From an uncultured archaeon (GTDB lineage Archaea; Altiarchaeota; Altiarchaeia; IMC4; SCGC-AAA252-I15), in contig CABMCB010000056.1 of NCBI GenBank assembly GCA_902384455.1, forward strand, positions 1 to 45,535: a stretch of 45,535 nt of DNA, read 5' to 3'. Below, piece after piece: positions 39,035 to 45,535 of this stretch (position 1 is the first letter of the stretch; the number at the start of each line of letters is the position of its first letter). Below the pieces are notes generated by a model that did not search any database, was not told the DNA's origin, and saw nothing but the letters and a program-made list of their open reading frames with translations. The position numbers and the translations under genes are program-made.

Positions 39035-40849
39035 ATGCATACTCAGCGAACAGGAGAAGGCGGAGTTCCATTACCACCGCCCTCCCCGTGGGTCGGCATT
39101 CCAGCCATACCCGAAGACGAAAGAGACGCCCTCAAGACGCCCTCGGCCGCATTAGCCTTCATTTCAGACGGAATAAAAGACCTTAACCCGCGGAGATTCC
39201 TCATAAGAGAAAAACCCTTTATACTCGGGCCCGGAGAACCCCGCGAACCTACTGTCCGAAGAGGCTACTCGCAGGCCGTGAAGGACTTAGACACAACCCT
39301 ACAACCCACACTAAACCTCGCAAACTTCATTGAACTAGAAGTTTCAAAGCCGATAGCTCAACTGCTAAACGGCGGAGTCCCACTTGAACTGCACCGAGGA
39401 AGCCCAGACGACTGCATGGCATCACTAAGCCAAAGAGGCTACACCAGATTTTACGCCGTAAAAACGCCCATAGGACCCCCACTATTCCTCGCGGCCTCAC
39501 GCGATAAATACGTCTTCGCCATGGCCGGCCTGTTCGGAGACGACGTTGTTTTGCACTATGAAGCTCTTGCGAAGTACCTACAGGTTAGGCCTACTGATTT
39601 GGATGTGTTTGATTACGGAAGAGACTATCGCGCTTTGGTGGAGGGAAGTCTTGAGCGCCATTCAGTGGAACCTGACGCTTTCATAATCGGCGGCTGGACC
39701 GGAGGAAAGATACTGGAGGTCAGAGAACAGTTAAGAAGGACTTTTTCTCAAATAACAGACCACTGGAAGACGTTTGTGCATGAAGGCGAAGAGGATATGC
39801 CGCTAAATCGGGTCATATTAAGGCGCCTAAGAGAGCCGTTAGACGGCCCTCCCGGAGAAACCAAGAAGGACCGCAATGTCCGAGGCCATTATGGTGACGT
39901 GTATGATGAATTACATGATTTTCTTGCCTCTCAAGAGACCGATAGGTTGTTCACCACGCCGGTAGGTGATATCATCAAAGATGGGCGCCTTTGCCAGAGG
40001 GCATACGATTTGTGGGAAAAGCTGAAGGGCCTGGGGAACCATAACACTAATGTTCCTGAGTTGCCTCAAGTGCGAGAAATAAAACATCCTGGCGGCTCCA
40101 AGATGTCTGTAAGAGCGCTGCCTTTGGATTCGACTAAAGTACTTGAGACTCTCACCGCAAATCCTCTCTCCATCGGCGTTCTCAAATACCGTGATTCACA
40201 CGGGGACGTTAGGACTCTGGCCGTATCGTCTTACCCCTATGGAGACATGTCCAGATACGTCACTGACGCCATTATCCCCCTGCACAGCCTCAAAACCCTT
40301 CTTTTTGTGGGAACAGCAGGCTCTATCCTAGGCGGAGACGATCCGCGGGACAAAATTCTTGTTGGAGACATTGGCGTGCCCATGAACGTTTTTTCCGACA
40401 CAGGCCGCCTTCTTAATCCTACTGTAGAAAACGGATTTCTGGAATACTTGGAGGGAGACATCAAGGCAGACGCGGGAATTTCAGAGCCCGCCGTCCTACC
40501 AAGGAGTGATTCCCGAAGAGAGAGGTTCATAGCCACGTCTCACGTTAACGTCGAGACGCCGTTCTTTGAGACGAAGCCCCACGTTGAAGCATGGAGAAGA
40601 GGGTATTTCGATTCAGTAGACGTGGAAGTCGGCGAAATATTCCAGGCCCTCGAATCCTCACGAGGAAGACGGCCTGCGTTTGGGGCGCTTTTGTACATGA
40701 GCGACGTCCTCGGAGCGCCAGGCTCCACGTTGGGGGAAGTTGAGAGAACAGCTTTAAGTCCCTCACGCTCAACTATCCTCGACGTCATCGTTCGGTACCT
40801 AGACGTCCAAGAAATACTGCCTTGGAATGAACCAATCACCCTCCAATGA
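39035..40849 (+). CDS. Large protein with a C-terminal purine/uridine nucleoside phosphorylase-like domain and unknown N-terminal region
   Basis: LLFVGTAGS..VGDIGVP..VETPFFET..SVDVEVG..LLYMSD appear in PNP_UDP-family motif order; first ~370 aa unrecognised. Confidence 0.6.
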   Translation: MHTQRTGEGGVPLPPPSPWVGIPAIPEDERDALKTPSAALAFISDGIKDLNPRRFLIREKPFILGPGEPREPTVRRGYSQAVKDLDTTLQPTLNLANFIELEVSKPIAQLLNGGVPLELHRGSPDDCMASLSQRGYTRFYAVKTPIGPPLFLAASRDKYVFAMAGLFGDDVVLHYEALAKYLQVRPTDLDVFDYGRDYRALVEGSLERHSVEPDAFIIGGWTGGKILEVREQLRRTFSQITDHWKTFVHEGEEDMPLNRVILRRLREPLDGPPGETKKDRNVRGHYGDVYDELHDFLASQETDRLFTTPVGDIIKDGRLCQRAYDLWEKLKGLGNHNTNVPELPQVREIKHPGGSKMSVRALPLDSTKVLETLTANPLSIGVLKYRDSHGDVRTLAVSSYPYGDMSRYVTDAIIPLHSLKTLLFVGTAGSILGGDDPRDKILVGDIGVPMNVFSDTGRLLNPTVENGFLEYLEGDIKADAGISEPAVLPRSDSRRERFIATSHVNVETPFFETKPHVEAWRRGYFDSVDVEVGEIFQALESSRGRRPAFGALLYMSDVLGAPGSTLGEVERTALSPSRSTILDVIVRYLDVQEILPWNEPITLQ

Positions 40850-40860
40850 ATAAACCAAAA

Positions 40861-41748
40861 TCACTCATATTTGACCCCTTTCCTCAGCGGAACCATGCTG
40901 TAATTTGGGACTACGCCCTTCCACAGCGCCTTCCGGCCGGCTTCTAAAAGAACATTCTGCATGCCCGCGTATTCAGCAGCCGACTTCACTCTGCCGGTAT
41001 CGTACACCCCCCTAAGTTTCTCGCGGTAACCTAGGTCCCTAAGAAGATGATGGTCCAATATCAGTTCACCACCAGTCTCATCAATAATACGTAGAATGTT
41101 CTTTCCAGCCTCAACAAAGTCGCCCAAACTAAACACATGACCTAAAAGATACGTCGGAGGCCCGTCCATCACTATGATGTCCGGCTTACATTCCAATACC
41201 CACTCCGTTGCTTCATCTGAAATAGGGCCTTGAACGTCCGAGCCGAAAACAAACCTTTTCTCGCCGTCGTCGATTAAACACATCAAAACAAAACCAAGCT
41301 TAGTTCCTTCCGGGCCGTGGGGAAAAGGAGGGGAAAAGTTTATGGTTAAACCGCCGAATTTGAATGTTTTACAGTCAGCAAAACGAAGTTCGCAAACCCC
41401 TTCAACTTGCTCCTTAAAATATTTTCCTCTCCCCCGTTGACTGAAGTTTATGCTGCTGGCTACGTCTTTGGCCAACACAGTCTTTCCTTTGTAGAATGTT
41501 TCATCAGGGTCATGATGGTCGTAATGGTAATGAGTTACCACAAGAACGTCGGAACCAAGCGCAACATCATGAATCCTATTTTTAGCCGCCTCAAGAGCAT
41601 TCAACTCCTGCCTCGCAGGAGGCAAGCCAAAACGTGAAGGCCCTAGTGCGGCGCTGGGGTCAATAAAAACCTTTTTGCCGTCCGCCTCAACGAGCGTGGC
41701 CATGCTGCGCACGCCCATACTTTCGAAGGCGATTGGGGTGACATTCAT
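40861..41748 (-). CDS. UPF0282 archaeal metallo-beta-lactamase-fold hydrolase
   Basis: ESMGVRSMA, IDPSAALGP.RFGLPP, THYHYDHH, IN.SQR.R, HG, SDVQGP, GPPTYL, DHHLLRD. Confidence 0.9.
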   Translation of the reverse strand: MNVTPIAFESMGVRSMATLVEADGKKVFIDPSAALGPSRFGLPPARQELNALEAAKNRIHDVALGSDVLVVTHYHYDHHDPDETFYKGKTVLAKDVASSINFSQRGRGKYFKEQVEGVCELRFADCKTFKFGGLTINFSPPFPHGPEGTKLGFVLMCLIDDGEKRFVFGSDVQGPISDEATEWVLECKPDIIVMDGPPTYLLGHVFSLGDFVEAGKNILRIIDETGGELILDHHLLRDLGYREKLRGVYDTGRVKSAAEYAGMQNVLLEAGRKALWKGVVPNYSMVPLRKGVKYE

Positions 41749-41767
41749 ATCTCCTTACGGGGGCATC

Positions 41768-42295
41768 TTACTTGATTCCCAGTTGTTGCCTTGCTATGCG
41801 TGCAGGATCGTATTTATCGTGTTCGGCGACGTACTCAAGAATCCCGGTTGCGCGCTCAAAAACGCCATCCTTACTTCCGGTGTGCGCCGACCGTATTAAG
41901 GCAACTGCTCCGGCAGCGTTAGCGCGCACTGTAGTCACATATTTACCCGTCTTTTCGGCATCCGACGCCCTAAGCGCCGTATCCAAGTAATCCAAAGCCG
42001 AGGGATTCCTGCTCCGCCCAAGGTTAGACGCGGCTGACTGCCTCACAGTAGTAGTATGACCTACGCCAGTAAGCCTTTCCCCTATGAGACGCACGCACTC
42101 ATCCGAAAACGCAGGATTATACGTGCCTCCAGCAGCGGAACCCAACATATCAAGGGCATGCCTTCTTGAAGAATCATTAGAACTTTCAAGAAGCTCCAAA
42201 GCATGCTCATAATCCCTTCTGTAGAACTCATCAATAACAACAGGCGCAGGCAAATTGACGGATTTTCCGCCACCCCCAGCTTCCGCAAGAACCAT
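41768..42295 (-). CDS. HEAT-repeat-like hypothetical protein
   Basis: RRHALDMLG, VRQSAASNLG and VRANAAGAVA repeats; ATG 42295 chosen. Confidence 0.65.
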   Translation of the reverse strand: MVLAEAGGGGKSVNLPAPVVIDEFYRRDYEHALELLESSNDSSRRHALDMLGSAAGGTYNPAFSDECVRLIGERLTGVGHTTTVRQSAASNLGRSRNPSALDYLDTALRASDAEKTGKYVTTVRANAAGAVALIRSAHTGSKDGVFERATGILEYVAEHDKYDPARIARQQLGIK

Positions 42296-42385
42296 AAAAT
42301 ACAAATACGCTATTCAAAAAGAAAAAAACAAAGAAACCGCCACAGAAGACGCCTGAATATATCCGCAGTTGCAGTATAATACCCC

Positions 42386-42931
42386 ATGGAAAAGGTTGTT
42401 TACAACGGCGAACCCCAAAGAAGCAACCTAATAGAACTAATAGCGCAAGTCTCACTCCAAACCATCGGAGCCTCACCCCAAACACAGCAAAAACGCGGAA
42501 GAGCATCATTTCTCATCAAAACAGACGGCTCAATCTCAGAAGTAGGCGGAGCAGAAACATTCGCAAAAGCAAACAAAGACGACGTTAAAGTTACTGTCTC
42601 AGAAAAAGGCGTTTGCTCGGCCAGAATTCCCGGCGAAAAAAAGGCGGCAACATACGAAGTCGAACTGGTTTCGCGCGAAGATAAACTAGAAGATGCCGTA
42701 CGCAGAATGGCATCTGCTGCGAAAGTTCTCATTGAAAACGGCGTAGACCCCGAAAAAACATGCAGAATTCTTCACGGAACAAAGAAAGACAATGCGACCG
42801 CTACCGAAGAACTATTCCTCCAAGACGGAGAACTCAAACCCCGCCCACACTTTCTAACGCGCATATTCAAACGCAGAAAACTAAGTAGGCCGACTTTAGG
42901 CGAAATTGCGAATCTCCCGAACATAGAGTAG
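42386..42931 (+). CDS. Hypothetical protein
   Basis: 181-aa ORF with AATATAT about 30 bp upstream; no motif recognised. Confidence 0.65.
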   Translation: MEKVVYNGEPQRSNLIELIAQVSLQTIGASPQTQQKRGRASFLIKTDGSISEVGGAETFAKANKDDVKVTVSEKGVCSARIPGEKKAATYEVELVSREDKLEDAVRRMASAAKVLIENGVDPEKTCRILHGTKKDNATATEELFLQDGELKPRPHFLTRIFKRRKLSRPTLGEIANLPNIE

Positions 42932-42969
42932 CCAACATAAAATACGACAAATACACTACCCTCTTTTGA

Positions 42970-43197
42970 CTAGAACCCTAGGTTTGCTCCCATCGCAAGA
43001 AGCGCATGAAGGAAAGCTAAAGCCAACGCTATTTTAGCAACATGCTTATGATGCTTGAAAGGAATCCAACGAATCCCTCGTGTATAGAAGTAGCCGATAG
43101 AAAAAGTCAGGCAAACCATCAAAAGCGTAGCAATCCCCCCCCAAACTATGACCGGCTGACCCAAAACCACTTTGTAAGCCAATTCTCCGACTACCAT
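42970..43197 (-). CDS. Small two-TM membrane protein with His residues
   Basis: PVIVWGG..IPFKHH.HVA..LAFLHA; ATG 43197 avoids overlap with the next gene. Confidence 0.65.
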   Translation of the reverse strand: MVVGELAYKVVLGQPVIVWGGIATLLMVCLTFSIGYFYTRGIRWIPFKHHKHVAKIALALAFLHALLAMGANLGF

Positions 43198-43275
43198 GAA
43201 AGACAAGTAGTAACGTAGCATTAAAAAAAAAAGGTTAAGCCGGTTTTTACCCTGAAAACGCCCGTAATTAACAAA

Positions 43276-43965
43276 ATGCAGGTTTACCGCCCGCCAGACG
43301 AACAGGAAGTGCAGCAAAACAGGGTTCTTTTGTGCCAGCGTTTCGCAGACGCGATAGCACAAAAACGACAGACTGAAACGGTAGGCCGTCCGCCTAAGTT
43401 GGTTGCCGATGAAATTAAAGCGGATGAAGGGCTTATTGCGGCGGTTGTCGCACACACTCCCGCCAACGTTCATTTTGATTTGATTGAGAAAGTGCTTGAT
43501 GCCTCAAGGTTTATCGCTGATTCAGACCGAGGAAGCACAAGGTTCATGTTTTACCACGGAGTAACCCGCTTGATCGAAGCAGCCGCCTCCCACAGAAATC
43601 CGGCAAAATACGTGGACTCAAACAGTCCTTGGGCTTCATGCCAGAGAGTGGCACTTGAAAGTGAAATGAAACATCCGTACGACGTCGGCATCCCCTCTTT
43701 AACAGAAGACGCTCAGAGGACTCTGCACGGAATGCTCCTGTCGGTCGCATTCATGGACCTAGACGAAACCCTCAAATCAGCCTTCAGCCCAGACCCAACG
43801 CAAGGATTCGACAGAAGATGGGACAAATTAACCCGACGCTGGATTCAAGAATCAAACACTATGCCAGGCAAACCATTCACTCTGCCATCGGAGACGCAGT
43901 TCAACAGGATACTCGCCGAAACCCGCCTACCCCGCACCCAAGCAGACCTACCGGACCTAAAATAA
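43276..43965 (+). CDS. Hypothetical protein, tandem paralog 1
   Basis: Shares ordered motifs with 44014..44838 (GRP..VADEIK, HFD..EK, PWAS..RV, RRW). Confidence 0.78.
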   Translation: MQVYRPPDEQEVQQNRVLLCQRFADAIAQKRQTETVGRPPKLVADEIKADEGLIAAVVAHTPANVHFDLIEKVLDASRFIADSDRGSTRFMFYHGVTRLIEAAASHRNPAKYVDSNSPWASCQRVALESEMKHPYDVGIPSLTEDAQRTLHGMLLSVAFMDLDETLKSAFSPDPTQGFDRRWDKLTRRWIQESNTMPGKPFTLPSETQFNRILAETRLPRTQADLPDLK

Positions 43966-44013
43966 AAACCAAACAACTACCCGTTTATTTCCACAAAATA
44001 CCCAAAATAAACC

Positions 44014-44838
44014 ATGAACACCGTCGTCGGAGGAGGCGGAGACCGCACTGAAGAGTCGATGGAAAGATGCCGAAGTTTAACGCAGTCAATAAAAACAATA
44101 AGACAAGACGAAATTTTCGGGCGGCCTGCCGAGGTTGTAGCTGATGAAATCAAATTGCACAGTAGACTTCTTAGGGCGGTAGTTCAAAACCTTCCGGTTG
44201 AAACGCACTTTGACATTATGGAGAAGACATTCGACGTTCTCAGGTTCATAGAAGACAGAGGCGGCACAAGCGGACGATACATGTTCCTCGACGGATTAAG
44301 CAGTGTCATAGAAAAAGCCGGACAGCAAGACGACTCATTAGGATACGTAAGAAGAAGCCGCCCTTGGGCGTCAACCAGACGGGTCACCGTAGAAATGGAA
44401 GGTCAGGAACCTTACGAATTCCCCCAAGCTCAAATACCCAAGCAAATAGAAAACACGCCTCAGAACGAACCCGGCAGACGCGCTTTCCATACTATGCTGC
44501 TTGACACCGCCGTCGGTGACGTACACGAAACCCTCCAGGAAGCATTCAGAACCAAAATGAGCCAAACACCCCCCAGCAGAAATTTAATACTAATGGCCCT
44601 AGCCACCAACACACCAGAAGATCCCGGAGGGATACCGCTAACCATCAAAGCACCTCCTGAAATACCATTCCAAAGCTTCGTTAGAAGATGGGGCGGACTA
44701 ATAGGCCAATGGACAGCCGCTTCCCAAACCACGCCTGAAGGAGACCTGCAGCCCCCCGAAAAACAGAAACTTACCGCAATTCTCTCCGACACCAAAGTCC
44801 CCCGGAAACCCGGCGGACTGCCCGAAGTAATGGTGTAA
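44014..44838 (+). CDS. Hypothetical protein, tandem paralog 2
   Basis: Colinear similarity to 43276..43965 with insertions; TTTATTT about 30 bp upstream. Confidence 0.78.
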   Translation: MNTVVGGGGDRTEESMERCRSLTQSIKTIRQDEIFGRPAEVVADEIKLHSRLLRAVVQNLPVETHFDIMEKTFDVLRFIEDRGGTSGRYMFLDGLSSVIEKAGQQDDSLGYVRRSRPWASTRRVTVEMEGQEPYEFPQAQIPKQIENTPQNEPGRRAFHTMLLDTAVGDVHETLQEAFRTKMSQTPPSRNLILMALATNTPEDPGGIPLTIKAPPEIPFQSFVRRWGGLIGQWTAASQTTPEGDLQPPEKQKLTAILSDTKVPRKPGGLPEVMV

Positions 44839-44851
44839 ACGAGAGTGTTTT

Positions 44852-45367
44852 ATGAATCAAAAAGACACAGACCCACCAGAATTAAGGCCTCTTGACAGGC
44901 GGCTTAGCGAATTGTTAGGCGGAGACTTCAGGCAGCAGACTGTAGACCAGATACTAGCTACAACCTCACGAGTATACCCTAGAGAAGACGTGTCCTACAG
45001 AGACTTGTTCTGGATTTACGAACACCTCTTAACTACGCAAGACTCTGAAAACACGCGCAAACAAGTCGCCGCCCAGCTGAACGAAAAACACACAAACCCA
45101 GAAACAAGAATCAAAACTGAAAGTACTGTCAGGCTCCTCTCAGAAGGAAACCCCGCGTACGAAGAGATATCAGTAACAAAAATCTATGTCCACCTGAACA
45201 AAGACCTGCAGGCTCTAGCCGCAATACAACGCCACCACTCAGACACAAGAGCCAGAAACGCAGCAGACGTTATGGGATATTCCCTTAGAGATGAGGGATT
45301 GGACATAGACCTCATCAGAAAAAACCTCGAGCAACAAAACACAAGGGGCCCAAAGAAAATCCATTAA
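44852..45367 (+). CDS. Hypothetical protein
   Basis: 171-aa ORF starting 13 bp after the previous stop; no motif recognised. Confidence 0.62.
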   Translation: MNQKDTDPPELRPLDRRLSELLGGDFRQQTVDQILATTSRVYPREDVSYRDLFWIYEHLLTTQDSENTRKQVAAQLNEKHTNPETRIKTESTVRLLSEGNPAYEEISVTKIYVHLNKDLQALAAIQRHHSDTRARNAADVMGYSLRDEGLDIDLIRKNLEQQNTRGPKKIH

Positions 45368-45374
45368 CTCCCCC

Positions 45375-45533
45375 TCAAACCACAAAATTCAAGGCAACGA
45401 AAATAACCCCAATCAAAAGGAAGAAAAACAGCCACACAAAACGATTCCAATTCCTAATGTCATATCCATCCAGACTTCTAAAAGGCAAAATCTCGGCCAT
45501 AGCCCATAAGCTAGACGTGACATAAGCCATCTG
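45375..45533 (-). CDS. C-terminal fragment of an M50 (site-2 protease)-like membrane protein, truncated by the window edge
   Basis: Not in the ORF track; manual translation gives QMAYVTSSLWAMAEILPFRSLDGYDIRNWNRFVWLFFFLLIGVIFVALNFVV*, resembling the LP..PLDG..W..W motif of M50-like proteins. Confidence 0.6.
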   Translation of the reverse strand, partial: QMAYVTSSLWAMAEILPFRSLDGYDIRNWNRFVWLFFFLLIGVIFVALNFVV

Positions 45534-45535
45534 AA

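Noticed and set aside
42970-43473. 167-aa version of the small membrane protein
   Set aside because: The extension overlaps the paralog-supported gene at 43276; ATG 43197 gives a compact two-TM protein.
537-44795. Many overlapping alternative-frame and antisense ORFs in the track (e.g. 989..1618, 1769..2185, 19781..20479, 35360..35788)
   Set aside because: They overlap well-supported genes and have low-complexity Leu/Trp/Val or Arg/Asn/Gln composition, as expected from skewed tracts that are poor in stop codons.
37398-45367. Orphan tract as an integrated mobile island
   Set aside because: Core genes (carS, UPF0282) are interleaved, there are no att-like repeats or integrase, and the skew pattern matches the rest of the window.
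1-45535. Genome-wide TAG reassignment (e.g. pyrrolysine code)
   Set aside because: purC, uvrB, uvrA, citrate synthase and others end at TAG at expected lengths; only one in-frame TAG was found.
1-45535. CRISPR array, tRNA, rRNA, IS element or provirus
   Set aside because: Intergenic gaps are about 120 bp or less; I saw no spaced repeats, cloverleaf, transposase, integrase or viral hallmark gene.

Overview
Gene-dense chromosomal window from an archaeon. The archaeal markers are CDP-archaeol synthase CarS, RNase P subunit Rpp30, a UPF0282 metallo-beta-lactamase-fold protein, an HTH-CBS regulator, and TATA-like boxes about 25-33 bp upstream of many start codons. Thr-linker and Cys-repeat surface proteins suggest a DPANN/Altiarchaeota-like lineage (inference only). 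Contents: purC; an NDP-sugar pyrophosphorylase fused to a DUF5752-like domain; a ThiI-like protein with a degenerate PP-loop; a lone TadA/VirB11-type ATPase; uvrB, uvrA, uvrC; bacterial-type ribA-ribD; pabB/pabC-like genes and 5-formyl-THF cyclo-ligase; citrate synthase, malate dehydrogenase and malic enzyme; a surface module of two FKBPs, two Cys-repeat proteins and DUF2085; and an orphan-rich right end with a large nucleoside-phosphorylase-fold protein and a tandem paralog pair. I saw no rRNA, tRNA, CRISPR array or mobile element. The most striking non-gene signal is a sawtooth amino/keto strand skew: A+C-rich tracts switch abruptly to G+T-rich tracts inside genes, regardless of gene direction, and by eye the switches repeatedly fall at the palindrome GGCC. 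This suggests an undescribed site-anchored, strand-specific mutational process and needs computational confirmation.
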